From the IMG/VR virus record IMGVR_UViG_3300037246_001555, positions 23,490-87,489 of that record: a DNA stretch of 64,000 nucleotides. One strand, given 5' to 3'. A program made the translations under genes and the position numbers. How positions within the stretch are numbered: position 1 is the stretch's first letter; each line of letters opens with the position of its first letter. Positions 45,390 to 54,784 of the stretch are shown here, piece after piece. The notes below the pieces were generated by a model. That model made no database searches and was not told the DNA's origin. It was given only the letters and a program-made list of their open reading frames with translations. This DNA comes from a virus.

Positions 45390-45979
45390 TGTTCCTTCTC
45401 CACTAGAAAGCCCCGTCTCAAGTATTCCCGGTCCTCCACAAGAGGCAGTCCCAGCTCCCATAGTATGAATTCCCCGTCCCAGATCGGGTGAATGACTTTG
45501 TACCCTTCACGAAAATCGGGGTTCAGCCGGAAGTGGACCTCAATCAGTTTCCCGCCAATGAACTCACAGTTGAGGAGCGGAAATGTTTGGTTAAACGGGT
45601 AAGTGACCTTATCGTTTACCTTCTCCCATCGGTCCCACTTGTATAGCGGCGCGTCCTCATCACGGAAGCCCTCCACACACAAGGACTGTTTCCCGTCAAC
45701 ATAGTCTACGCTCAGGTGTCTGCCGGTGAAGACCTCACACCAGAAATACCCTACGGGGAGGCTGTCTGTTGTCTGCTCTATCCATTGAATAAACGCGCCT
45801 CTACCCATACCCAGGATGTTGGTGATGGGTCGGATCACATAGTAGCCGGGCTTAGGGACGTCCACGCCTACCGGCCCACACACGTAGCCTCTCGTTCTAG
45901 CCAAGATCAGCTTGTCGAAGAGCCAGAGATCTTCGTCTGCCGCGTTCTTCCAAGTGATATCGTCAGTCTTGGGGTGCAT
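45386..45979 (-). CDS. Minimal ATP-grasp-like protein
   Basis: YVIRP..N..GMGRG, W.E.F.G.H.SVD, N.EFIGGKLIEVHFR. Confidence 0.55.
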   Translation of the reverse strand: MHPKTDDITWKNAADEDLWLFDKLILARTRGYVCGPVGVDVPKPGYYVIRPITNILGMGRGAFIQWIEQTTDSLPVGYFWCEVFTGRHLSVDYVDGKQSLCVEGFRDEDAPLYKWDRWEKVNDKVTYPFNQTFPLLNCEFIGGKLIEVHFRLNPDFREGYKVIHPIWDGEFILWELGLPLVEDREYLRRGFLVEKEQ

Positions 45980-46988
45980 AGTTCTCCTCCCGTACTTCGA
46001 CGCCCACCTCTCTGCGGCGACCTTCTGTCTGATTTTCGAATTGCTCTACCACGTGCTCGATGGTGATCTCATCCCCGGTGCGAACGGTGCTCTGCTGTTT
46101 ATCTACTTTAACTGTGGGGAACTCCACCGTGAGGGCTCCGTTCTTGATCAAAGAAGCCCTCAACTCTGACTGCTCCTTGACATCGACAGGATTATTGTAC
46201 CTGACGAAATTGCCTTCGAAACCAAGGAACCCGGTACAGTAGTTTATGAAGTGAGGGGCCTTGGTCTGATGCTTCCATTCCATCGTCTCGGACTCGTCGG
46301 CGCCCCAATCGTTCCAGATCACCCACCCCTTATTTTGGTCGATGTCCCCCCAGTTTAGTGCTGTCAGATTCCCTACCACAGTCAGATTAGGCGTGACCGC
46401 TCGGTGAAAGTGATAGTGCCCTGTGAAGGCACGCACGTTATCCGGTATCATGTCGGGGGTGAGCCGCTCGTCCAAGACGAACCCAGAGGAGAGCGGGACC
46501 CCAGCGACGCCCTGGTGCAGCATCACCATCCCGCCTCCACATTCCCCATAGTCCCATGCTAGCTCTCCCAGGAACCGTTTGAGTTTCTCCTCGTCGGTCG
46601 TGTAGGGCAGGGCGTGCACCATCAGCCCGTCATCGTCCCACTTACCCTGGGTCTCCTCATCAGATAGCATTGAGAGCGCGTGGATCGTCCCCAGACGGTC
46701 GTACATATCGTGGTTGCCCGGTATAGCCCGGATCTGAATACCCCGCTCACGGAGCGATTTGAACAGCCTTGAGGCGATTACTAGGGCCTGGGTGGGGATG
46801 GAGCCGTGGACATGGAAGAGATCCCCGCAAAAATATGCGTACTTGACCCCTTCGTTCTCAGCGTCATTGATCATCTCCTGGCATGCCTCCCACTGAGACC
46901 ACAAGCGGGAGTTGAATCCTTGTTCATTTACGGTAGAGCCGTAGCTCCATGTGTGGAGGTGGAGGTCGCTGAATATGAGGCGCTTCAC
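45963..46988 (-). CDS. sbcD: SbcD/Mre11/gp47-like nuclease
   Basis: SDLH, GDLF, GNHD, HQ, GHYH. Confidence 0.92.
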   Translation of the reverse strand: MKRLIFSDLHLHTWSYGSTVNEQGFNSRLWSQWEACQEMINDAENEGVKYAYFCGDLFHVHGSIPTQALVIASRLFKSLRERGIQIRAIPGNHDMYDRLGTIHALSMLSDEETQGKWDDDGLMVHALPYTTDEEKLKRFLGELAWDYGECGGGMVMLHQGVAGVPLSSGFVLDERLTPDMIPDNVRAFTGHYHFHRAVTPNLTVVGNLTALNWGDIDQNKGWVIWNDWGADESETMEWKHQTKAPHFINYCTGFLGFEGNFVRYNNPVDVKEQSELRASLIKNGALTVEFPTVKVDKQQSTVRTGDEITIEHVVEQFENQTEGRRREVGVEVREENYAPQD

Positions 46989-47203
46989 TCTTCCATCCCC
47001 TTATTGTCAAAGTAGATCAGCCAGTCTTCAACCACGTACAGAGGCCACACTAGCATGATGCGAATGTAATGAACGCTTTGTTGAAGTACGGCGATAATGG
47101 ATTCTCTTCGTGAGAGGTCCTTGAAATCGAAGGCGAAGGTTTCGTGCTCTAGCTTTACCGAGACCAGCCCAAAGATCAGGTAAAACAGCAGCTCTACGCT
47201 CAT
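46985..47203 (-). CDS. Small membrane protein
   Basis: Hydrophobic; WP motif. Confidence 0.5.
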   Translation of the reverse strand: MSVELLFYLIFGLVSVKLEHETFAFDFKDLSRRESIIAVLQQSVHYIRIMLVWPLYVVEDWLIYFDNKGMEE

Positions 47204-47445
47204 CTTTCTGCCTTCATTACCGTTAGGTAGATCTTATTGTCCTCAAGGCCTCGTAGCTTGTCGTATAGATGGCCGAAAATGCCTTTGCGAAGTGGAATTA
47301 CCGCATAAACGGCGCAGACTTCTTCATAGTCGAACGTGGGATCAATGATGCTGTCCGAGACCAGCTTAGCAATTACGGCCTCCTTCACCGCGTTAGCGAA
47401 CTTAGTCAGTTCCTCATCTGTATATTCCGCTACTCTAATATTCAC
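47200..47445 (-). CDS. Hypothetical protein
   Basis: Coupled ORF. Confidence 0.5.
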   Translation of the reverse strand: MNIRVAEYTDEELTKFANAVKEAVIAKLVSDSIIDPTFDYEEVCAVYAVIPLRKGIFGHLYDKLRGLEDNKIYLTVMKAER

Positions 47446-48536
47446 CCTTCACTCCCCCAGGGCTGTAACGCCCCTTCACGAACACTCCAACGACGCCAGT
47501 TCTGATAGACCTGATCGTAGCCGCCTTGCTGCTCCACCCACGTTCGGAAGTCCGCTTGTGCGAACTGAGCCTCGTAATCGGTATCCGGCAACACAGTCAC
47601 GATCTTGCCGCCCTTCGGACGCTTAGCGAATCCGGTAGCTACCATCGCTAGCTTCAAGCTCTCGTACTTGTCGAAGCCGTCCTCGTTCATCAATTCAGAC
47701 GTTAGCTTAGGCCACTCAAGGTGCCCCTGCTTCAGCTTGATGATTTCGATGTTCACCTTTTGGCCTCGCCGCTCCTTGGTGGAAGGGTTGAGAATGTGGC
47801 CGATGCTCGTGAATTCAATCCTTACGGTAGCGTAGAACTTGATGCCCAAGCCACCTCCCGAATCGGAGGACTTACCCCACCCGCCGATCTTGGAGACGGA
47901 GTGATTGATGAAAAGGATACTAGGCTTCGAATCGTGCTCATGCAGCAGCGGGTTTACCTTCTTCAGTCCTCGCTTGATCTGCTTGGCTTCGAACCCCGGT
48001 CGGTCGGAGGCGTCAATGTTTCCTTGGGCGTCCGCGATAGTGGGAACCCCCGTAGTAGAATCAATAATGAACAAAACAGGGCCTTCAAAACCAACCTCCT
48101 TCAGCCACCCGGGCTTGCTCTTCTTCTTCGATTCCACGTCGATCTCACCCAGATAGTAAATCAGGGTCTTGAAGATCTCCTCAATGGTATTGGCCTCATG
48201 CCAGAATACCTTCTCTGGGTCACACCCCAGCTCGCGCGCTCTCTCTGGCGTGTAGCTCATTTCGGTGTCGATGAATACGACAAGACCGTCTCGCTTCTGC
48301 CACTCAGCGCCAGCCTGGATAGCAGCGGTCGTCTTCCCACAACCCGGCTTGCCGAAATACTCAATCACCTTGGAGGCCGGTAGACCGCCACGTCTACCTA
48401 GGTAAAGATCAAGCTCCGCCATCCCCGAGCTGATGCCGTAAGGGGCAATCGACCCCATGTTAAGATCGTCACCCAGATGGGTTGTTATGTCTGACTTTCC
48501 CGCCAAGCCAAACAACTTCTTCATTGCCTCGTTCAT
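47442..48536 (-). CDS. recA: RecA/UvsX-like recombinase
   Basis: SSG..LD..LG..GGLP, GKPGCGKTT, FIDTE, IIDS, GG..IKFYATVRI. Confidence 0.92.
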   Translation of the reverse strand: MNEAMKKLFGLAGKSDITTHLGDDLNMGSIAPYGISSGMAELDLYLGRRGGLPASKVIEYFGKPGCGKTTAAIQAGAEWQKRDGLVVFIDTEMSYTPERARELGCDPEKVFWHEANTIEEIFKTLIYYLGEIDVESKKKSKPGWLKEVGFEGPVLFIIDSTTGVPTIADAQGNIDASDRPGFEAKQIKRGLKKVNPLLHEHDSKPSILFINHSVSKIGGWGKSSDSGGGLGIKFYATVRIEFTSIGHILNPSTKERRGQKVNIEIIKLKQGHLEWPKLTSELMNEDGFDKYESLKLAMVATGFAKRPKGGKIVTVLPDTDYEAQFAQADFRTWVEQQGGYDQVYQNWRRWSVREGALQPWGSEG

Positions 48537-48551
48537 TAGTCCTCCTAGTTG

Positions 48552-48585
48552 AGAAAAGGTGGTCCGCGGCCTTCAGCCCGACCAC
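48552..48585 (-). terminator. Probable terminator after SSB
   Basis: On the minus strand GTGGTC...GACCAC followed by CTTTTCT. Confidence 0.5.
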
Positions 48586-48622
48586 TCTGGATTCCTTTTT
48601 TAGGCTCCAGCATATAGTTTCC

Positions 48623-49651
48623 CTAGAAGGGAATGTCGTCGTCCATCGGGGGCGGTGCAGGCACCACAGGCGGCTGAGGGACAGTCGGCTGAGTCGTAGA
48701 CACCATCGCCGCCTTAGCGTCAGCCTCCGCCGAAGCAAATTGCTCAGGCGTAGTTACAGGCTGATTCTGAGGAGGGGTCGGCGTCGAGGCTGCGGGCTGC
48801 GCCACCGGCATGACCGGAGCGGCAGGGGCCGCGACCGGCCCGGGAACCACCGTGGCAGGAGCCGAAGGGATAGCGGCTGCGGCTGCCGGGCTCACCGTAG
48901 GGAGAGCCGGTCGCGGCGTGGGAGTGGGGCCGAAGCCACCACCCACATTGATTGTTGAGGCCACCTTTTCCACCCTCTCACTGTCCGGGGTGGCGTACAC
49001 CTCATTCAGACGGATCAGCTCCAGAGTGTTGGGGTCGATACCCTGAGCAACGCAGTCGGCAAACACATCTGTGCGGCCAGCGCCGTGAGGGGTCACATTG
49101 TACTTGGTGTCCAGCTTATGCCCGGTTCGGGTAATCACTATATTCACGCCCGATTGAGGGTTCGTGATATCAGCCCAGCCGGTGGCCGGATCTTGATCCA
49201 GCGCAATGATCTGTCGGTGGACCATGATGCCGGTTTCCAACACGTACACCTTGCCAAACTCAGGCACCTCACCATCCCGATCTGCGGGTGCGCTGTGTAC
49301 GAGTACGTTGTATAGGTAATGATTCCGAGGACGCAGATCGCGAGCAAACTTCATCTTTGCTTCGTCCTTTGACTCGGTTAGCTCCTGACCTATCACGCAG
49401 ATAGCGCAGGGAAGGCCTTCGGCATCGGCCGGGCAAGCAAAGACATCAACGTTCCTTCCTACCTGAACACGGTGCTTGGTCACGTGATGGTAGAAGACGC
49501 CTGCGTCGCTGTAGGGGGGAAGGACACGGACCATTGTGGTGCCGCTTTGAGGGAATACCATCGGGGCGTTGTTTCCCCACTCATTGGCCTTCTTATCCAG
49601 AGCATCCTTCTCGCTCTGAATAGTCTCTTCATTTCGTCCGAAAAATTCCAT
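48623..49651 (-). CDS. ssb: Single-stranded DNA-binding protein, gp32-like
   Basis: VRVLPP, H...CP...CAIC, G.NI.ITR.G..L.TKY; Pro/Ala linker; DDDIPF tail. Confidence 0.85.
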   Translation of the reverse strand: MEFFGRNEETIQSEKDALDKKANEWGNNAPMVFPQSGTTMVRVLPPYSDAGVFYHHVTKHRVQVGRNVDVFACPADAEGLPCAICVIGQELTESKDEAKMKFARDLRPRNHYLYNVLVHSAPADRDGEVPEFGKVYVLETGIMVHRQIIALDQDPATGWADITNPQSGVNIVITRTGHKLDTKYNVTPHGAGRTDVFADCVAQGIDPNTLELIRLNEVYATPDSERVEKVASTINVGGGFGPTPTPRPALPTVSPAAAAAIPSAPATVVPGPVAAPAAPVMPVAQPAASTPTPPQNQPVTTPEQFASAEADAKAAMVSTTQPTVPQPPVVPAPPPMDDDIPF

Positions 49652-49698
49652 TATGTTCTCCTTTGATTAGAGCTACCTTGGCGTACGCCTTCCTTGCT

Positions 49699-49719
49699 CT
49701 CTAGTAAATAATGCCGTTC
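49699..49719 (-). promoter_or_regulatory. Conserved promoter-like motif, copy 5 (GAACGGCATTATTTACTAGAG on minus)
   Basis: Intergenic, upstream of SSB. Confidence 0.75.
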
Positions 49720-49749
49720 CCTGCTATGTTCGGGCGCGCTTTTGGCGCG

Positions 49750-50214
49750 TCAAATCCTCTTCATCTCCTGACCCTGCCGATACGCTAGCGCGTTCAACAG
49801 CTCCGCCTTCTTGATGATACTGCGCCACCAATGTTCAGCCTTGAGCGCGTCGGCTCGCATGATATGTAGCTCACCTAGGGCCTTCTGGTATGACGCATCA
49901 ACCGTGACCTTCTCAGACAGCTTACCCTCAGTCATCTTGTCCCCTGCCGCCTCAGCAGAGGACCTCATGTAGCCAGACACTCTATCCCGAATGTACTTGA
50001 CGTTCTCTTCCTTCCGTTTCAGGTTTGCCTGCATTTGTGCTGCGAGGTCGCCGTATCGGACTAGGAGCTGGCCCATCCGACAGATCTCAGGATTCAGGTT
50101 ACCGTCATCAATAGAGAAGTCAGCTCCAGTATTGAAGTGTTCGGCTTGGGGCTTCCACACCCATTCGCCTTCGTGCTGGATGAGTCTCTCTACCCAGATT
50201 GTGGTGGCGGTCAC
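49750..50214 (-). CDS. UvsY-like recombination mediator
   Basis: D.SID...L..E, helical, KMTE..L...V..D..Y; next to SSB and RecA; GTG start after GGGAG. Confidence 0.6.
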   Translation of the reverse strand: MTATTIWVERLIQHEGEWVWKPQAEHFNTGADFSIDDGNLNPEICRMGQLLVRYGDLAAQMQANLKRKEENVKYIRDRVSGYMRSSAEAAGDKMTEGKLSEKVTVDASYQKALGELHIMRADALKAEHWWRSIIKKAELLNALAYRQGQEMKRI

Positions 50215-50591
50215 AATGGACTCCCGCAGGCACCGTGAAAACGAGGCGCACGGTAGCGTGTCCATCTACGGGTCAAGCGTCCGTCGCCTCTTCTCCACAG
50301 CTCCAGCTCTTCGCCCGTCGCCCAGACATCGTAGACCGCGACCACGTCCCAGCCGAACCAGAACGAAGACAGGGAAGTGGGGAGGGTATAGATCTTCTCC
50401 ACTTTGGAAGCTATCGCGAATCCTCGTGCCACACAGTCCTCGGTACCGTTTCCCGCCACGAGGCAGACCTCCACGAGAGACAAGCCCGGTTGATTGATGG
50501 CGACGCAGACCCGCTGGTCCGCCCTCGCCTCGCCGCATAGCGCGAAGGTCAGCATGCCAATTACTGCGATTGCTATTTTGAAACTCATCAA
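50211..50591 (-). CDS. Hypothetical exported protein
   Basis: Signal-like N-terminus; coupled ORF. Confidence 0.45.
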   Translation of the reverse strand: MMSFKIAIAVIGMLTFALCGEARADQRVCVAINQPGLSLVEVCLVAGNGTEDCVARGFAIASKVEKIYTLPTSLSSFWFGWDVVAVYDVWATGEELELWRRGDGRLTRRWTRYRAPRFHGACGSPL

Positions 50592-50968
50592 CTATTTCCT
50601 CCTCGGAATACTTTGTCTAGCACGGCTTTGATATCCGGCGGCTCATAGTCCGGTCCCTTCATGATCTTTCCACCGGCATCCGTTGTCGGAGTCTTAGTCA
50701 TGTTGGATTTATGTACTTCAGCAAACACCTCGTCAACCGGAATGCCGTACTCTAGCCCGGTTCCGTACACAACATAAAGCACGTCGCACAGCTCCTTAGC
50801 TATCTGCGGGTAATCGTGAAGCTGCATGGCCTCTACAAGCTCGGCTAGCTCCTCCATCATGATCCTAGCCCTCAGCAGCGCCCGCTCGTCTGTGCATAGG
50901 TGACCCTTGGAGCCTATTACCACGCTGAACTTCTCGTGGAACTCACTTAGCTTTTCGAAGTTAGTCAT
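50588..50968 (-). CDS. MazG-like NTP pyrophosphohydrolase (dUTPase-like)
   Basis: EFH..F, MEELAEL, KELCDVLYV, EVH.SNMTK, GKIMKGP.Y.PPD. Confidence 0.88.
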   Translation of the reverse strand: MTNFEKLSEFHEKFSVVIGSKGHLCTDERALLRARIMMEELAELVEAMQLHDYPQIAKELCDVLYVVYGTGLEYGIPVDEVFAEVHKSNMTKTPTTDAGGKIMKGPDYEPPDIKAVLDKVFRGGNS

Positions 50969-51738
50969 TTGCTTCCCTGTATATGCTTCCGCACGGCTTC
51001 GATGGCTTGGCGTATCTCAGCCATGTTAGTTCTGGCATTGTTATCCCAGCCGTCCACCACAGCCCGCAGCAACCGGCCGCGCTCGGCATTCTCGCGTAGG
51101 CACGTTGCCACGTAATCGAGCTGTGGTTTTGTCAAGTAGCCGCCAACCGTACCAGTCAGTTTGTGATTGTCGGGCCACCACTCCGGCAGCTCCCCCGCAG
51201 AGCCCACGTCTACCTCGTAGTTAGTGCCTGGGTTGACGCAGATCGGCGGCGACGGGTGTTTAGATCCCATCAACTTGGTAACGTCAAATCCCGTAGGCTT
51301 CAGAGGGCGCAGCCACACCCCAGCACTTTTGAATTGGGCGGCTGCTCGGTTCATTGAATCCTCCCAATCATCTCGATAGGAAAAGGGGTCCTCCTCTTTG
51401 CAAGGGATTACCACCTTGGTAATGCCTACTTGAATTAGCCGAGAAGTACAGCGGTCGCATGCCATACCAGATAGATAAATCTCGGTATCGTAGAGAGGTG
51501 TAAAGGAATTGAGGATGGCATTTTCCTCGCTGTGGATTACCCCGCTGTATTTTGCGTCCTTGTCCGCGTACCTCTCTGGCGAGTCGTCGGTGGCGGCGGC
51601 AAACCCGTTGAACCCCATTCCTAGCACCTTCTTGTGCCGGTCTACGATTACCGCCCCGCACTTGGTGCTGGGGTCTTTACTCCACTGCGCCACGTGGCGT
51701 GCTAGTTCTACAAATCTCACGTCCCACTTGTCGTTCAT
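50965..51738 (-). CDS. dCMP deaminase with a C-terminal extension
   Basis: WSKDPSTK.GAVI, G.NG, HSEENA, CDRC. Confidence 0.92.
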   Translation of the reverse strand: MNDKWDVRFVELARHVAQWSKDPSTKCGAVIVDRHKKVLGMGFNGFAAATDDSPERYADKDAKYSGVIHSEENAILNSFTPLYDTEIYLSGMACDRCTSRLIQVGITKVVIPCKEEDPFSYRDDWEDSMNRAAAQFKSAGVWLRPLKPTGFDVTKLMGSKHPSPPICVNPGTNYEVDVGSAGELPEWWPDNHKLTGTVGGYLTKPQLDYVATCLRENAERGRLLRAVVDGWDNNARTNMAEIRQAIEAVRKHIQGSK

Positions 51739-54443
51739 GCTGCCCTCTCTGCGTCCGTCCAGTTTTGTCCATAGCCGCAGTCAATCTTGAACACGGCGTT
51801 TCCAAGCTCAGGATACGGGGTTTGGGAGATAGCCTCTAGTGCCTTCATGAACCACTCCACGTGACTGTCCTTTACCTCATAGGCCACGGAGTCATGTACG
51901 GTGTTTACCAGGCAGACGACGTCCTCGCCTATATCGTACTCCGCAAGCATCTTGTCAATGACAATAATGGTCCGATTGGTGAGAGACGCCGCCACGCTCT
52001 GAATGAAGAAGTTGACGCATTCTCTCTCGGCCTTCCCCCTCTCCCACTCGTTAGGAGCGTTGAGGGACGTACCGAAGTGACGCTCTCTACCGAACACGTT
52101 CGTCGCGATACCGCCTTTCGCCCTCACGTTGTCCGGAGTGAGGTCAATGAATCGGCCTACTCCGGAGAACCTCTCCTTCCAAGAGGCCATCCCTGCGTTC
52201 AGCATGTCCCATGTGAAGTTTCTCTCGATGCCGTTGGCGTCGTACCACTTACCTGTCTTGACTAGAGAATACCCTTCCGATCCATAAGCGAGGCCGAAAT
52301 TGACTCGCTTGCCCACTTCGGTGCGATTGGCCTTGCTAACGTCCGACTCCTTCATATCCGCCCACTGAGTGCGAATGAACTCGAACGCCGTAGCCGTGTG
52401 TAGGTCCTGCTTCGGATCCGAAAGAATGTTCAACATCTCCAAGTCGTTAGCTTCAATTGCCATTATGCGCAGCTCTACTTGGGAGAAATCGCCGTAGACG
52501 TACTTGTAACCTTCTGGAGCGATGAACATATCCCGCATGACCAGCTTCTCGTCCTTTAGCCTCTGGGCGAACGGGACGTAGGCTTTCTTAGGTCCGTAGC
52601 AAACGATGGACTCATCAATCTTCGGGATCTGATGAAAGAACCGGCAAGACAGCCTACCCGTTACCGGGCCCGCAATCACCCAAGAATATCGTACCCTACC
52701 ATCAGAGTCGAGGTCCTCCTTGCAGTTCTCTAGGTAGGTGCTGATCATCTTAGTGCGATTCCGGTAGGTAATCATGTCTGCGGCAAAATCAGCCTGGGGC
52801 TGTTTGTTAGATTCAACTAAGTCATTCAACTTCTGCTTGTCGGTGGAGTAGCCCGAGGCGTTTCTGTTCTCCTCCAGTTCCACGTCCTTTACGCCCATAG
52901 TCAAGAGGGCAGCTAACACTTGGGTGTCGCTGTTGGGGTTGAAATCCGGCTTGGCTGAGGCCCCGCGCAAACGGGTCAACAGAGTCTTCTGCTCTCGGCT
53001 GAACCTGTCGTTTAGAAGGCCCATCGCCGTGGTGTGGACGAGCGCGCCCTTGTACTCAGCGCGGGCCAGGGATCTCTGGAGGGGCTCCGACTCTATGGTG
53101 TGGAAGTCCCACAGGTTCTGGTGCTGCTTTTTGAGTCGGTCAGCGTAGAGGCACGTCAGCCTGTAGGTTCCCAGGGCGTCAGTTGCCCCATAAGGCCACA
53201 GGATCGCATCCGGCACCTTGTCGTAGGACGCCTTCAGCTTCTTACCTGAGCCTGTGATAGCCCTCTTCTCGGCGGAGTAATCGCCCCATCCGAACTCCAG
53301 ATCACATAGGAACTCTAGCGTGGACGGGGGTACCTCATCCTGAAGGTGCTTCATCGTCCACGTGTCGTATAGGAAACCCTCGATGTTGACGCCGTAGCCC
53401 CACCGTAGCACGTTCACGTCAAACTTGTGGTTGTGGGCTGATTTAGCGATGTTGGGGGTCTTGAATACGTCCCGCATGAACTGGGTAACCAATTCATCAT
53501 TCTTGGCGCCAAACCCCTGCTTCAAGTGGAATTCCTGCTCCTCGGGGGCGTCGGGATCATGCAGCATGATAGGTAGCACAGCGCACTCGTCCCAGCCCCA
53601 GGCGAACTGGTAGCTGATCACGGGTGCCCTATGCAGGCTCAGTCCAGCGGATTCCGTATCCCACCCAAACATAGTCGAATTCAGTAATCTATCCTTCAGC
53701 CATTCCAGCTTCTCAGGTGAGTCGATAAGCTCCCAATCGGGGACGAAGTGGTCGCTAGCCTCCTTACCGTCCAACAGATCCTTAGCGACTAGATAGTCGT
53801 GTCCGATTCGGGCCTGAAGCTTCTTGTTGGGCCGGTAGAAGAAGGTGGCCGGATTGAGAGTAGGAACGACCTTGAAGGTTGGCCCGTCGTCCCACCCCGC
53901 GAACTTCTCCTCAAACACCCTCCCGTGAATGGAGTTGATGGAGCCGTTACCCATGAGGTTGAACGCGCGAAGCGAGGGAGCGCCAACGAGTATGACCACT
54001 TTGGGCTGGATCAACATGATCTCCTTACGGAGGTGCTCATCCCGGCACGTGTTGTACTCGGAAGTGGTGGGCTTGCGGCCTCTCACACGGGGCCTGCACT
54101 TGGCGAGCTTGGTCATCCAGACCCGGTCGAGGTTGTGCCCCGCCTTCTGGAGGAAGTTGACGACTTGAGCACCCGAATTGTCCGCCCAAACCATGTCGAG
54201 ACGGTCATCGTCCATTGCTGGCATATCGCCGATCACCATGAGGTCATACTGGCCCCCGCCCAAAGCCGGTACGGGGCTGAGGCACTTAGCCTCTGTCTGC
54301 TGCGTTTCAGCCACATGAGATGCTGGCTGCCCGCTGATCTGGACAGACGAGCACCCCATAGCGCCGAGCTTGCAAAGGAAATTGCCGTCTCGACAAGACA
54401 GGGTGGACATATCCACCACGGGAATGATCTGGGGTTGGGTCAT
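51735..54443 (-). CDS. polA: Family A DNA polymerase with N-terminal UDG family-4-like domain and 3'-5' exonuclease
   Basis: UDG-like (KCRP, EI..I.PKV.ILVG); exo DTE, HN.KFD, YGATD; pol TGRLS, DFSQVELR, K.VNFGLAYG, VHDS. Confidence 0.93.
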   Translation of the reverse strand: MTQPQIIPVVDMSTLSCRDGNFLCKLGAMGCSSVQISGQPASHVAETQQTEAKCLSPVPALGGGQYDLMVIGDMPAMDDDRLDMVWADNSGAQVVNFLQKAGHNLDRVWMTKLAKCRPRVRGRKPTTSEYNTCRDEHLRKEIMLIQPKVVILVGAPSLRAFNLMGNGSINSIHGRVFEEKFAGWDDGPTFKVVPTLNPATFFYRPNKKLQARIGHDYLVAKDLLDGKEASDHFVPDWELIDSPEKLEWLKDRLLNSTMFGWDTESAGLSLHRAPVISYQFAWGWDECAVLPIMLHDPDAPEEQEFHLKQGFGAKNDELVTQFMRDVFKTPNIAKSAHNHKFDVNVLRWGYGVNIEGFLYDTWTMKHLQDEVPPSTLEFLCDLEFGWGDYSAEKRAITGSGKKLKASYDKVPDAILWPYGATDALGTYRLTCLYADRLKKQHQNLWDFHTIESEPLQRSLARAEYKGALVHTTAMGLLNDRFSREQKTLLTRLRGASAKPDFNPNSDTQVLAALLTMGVKDVELEENRNASGYSTDKQKLNDLVESNKQPQADFAADMITYRNRTKMISTYLENCKEDLDSDGRVRYSWVIAGPVTGRLSCRFFHQIPKIDESIVCYGPKKAYVPFAQRLKDEKLVMRDMFIAPEGYKYVYGDFSQVELRIMAIEANDLEMLNILSDPKQDLHTATAFEFIRTQWADMKESDVSKANRTEVGKRVNFGLAYGSEGYSLVKTGKWYDANGIERNFTWDMLNAGMASWKERFSGVGRFIDLTPDNVRAKGGIATNVFGRERHFGTSLNAPNEWERGKAERECVNFFIQSVAASLTNRTIIVIDKMLAEYDIGEDVVCLVNTVHDSVAYEVKDSHVEWFMKALEAISQTPYPELGNAVFKIDCGYGQNWTDAERAA

Positions 54444-54646
54444 GAATACGTCTTACCTGTCCACCCGCCGCCCTTCAAAGTGAAAGAACCTCCGGGAGCT
54501 ATGAGCCTAATTATCTCGCCGTCACAGGCCTCTCCGTGACCGCCGAACTTCATGTGCTTCTGATGCGTGCGAGCGTCTTCCTTGATGTTGTGCTCAATGT
54601 CCAGCTCCCGCAAGCACTCCTTACATTGGTATAGGTATTGGGGCAT
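54440..54646 (-). CDS. FmdB-family zinc-ribbon protein
   Basis: MP.Y.Y.C..C...R.I.....F.LKG.GW. Confidence 0.8.
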   Translation of the reverse strand: MPQYLYQCKECLRELDIEHNIKEDARTHQKHMKFGGHGEACDGEIIRLIAPGGSFTLKGGGWTGKTYS

Positions 54647-54647
54647 A

Positions 54648-54776
54648 TTACCGCAGCCGCCGCGCGTTCACACCGTTAGCGATGTGCTTGAGTTGCTCGT
54701 GGATATCCTTGAACAAAGCAAACCACTGTTCCTCGCTGGGCGGGACCAGCGGCTTGTCTTGGGCATTCGGTTCCAT
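54648..54776 (-). CDS. Small protein (42 aa, not in ORF track)
   Basis: Hand-translated MEPNAQDKPLVPPSEEQWFALFKDIHEQLKHIANGVNARRLR; AGGAG RBS. Confidence 0.55.
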   Translation of the reverse strand: MEPNAQDKPLVPPSEEQWFALFKDIHEQLKHIANGVNARRLR

Positions 54777-54784
54777 AGTTTCTC

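Noticed and set aside
50588-54443. Hydroxymethyluracil or 2-aminoadenine substituted genome
   Set aside because: No dUMP hydroxymethylase or PurZ was seen. ThyX, dCMP deaminase and the pyrophosphatase are explained by ordinary dTTP supply. Genes outside the window could change this.
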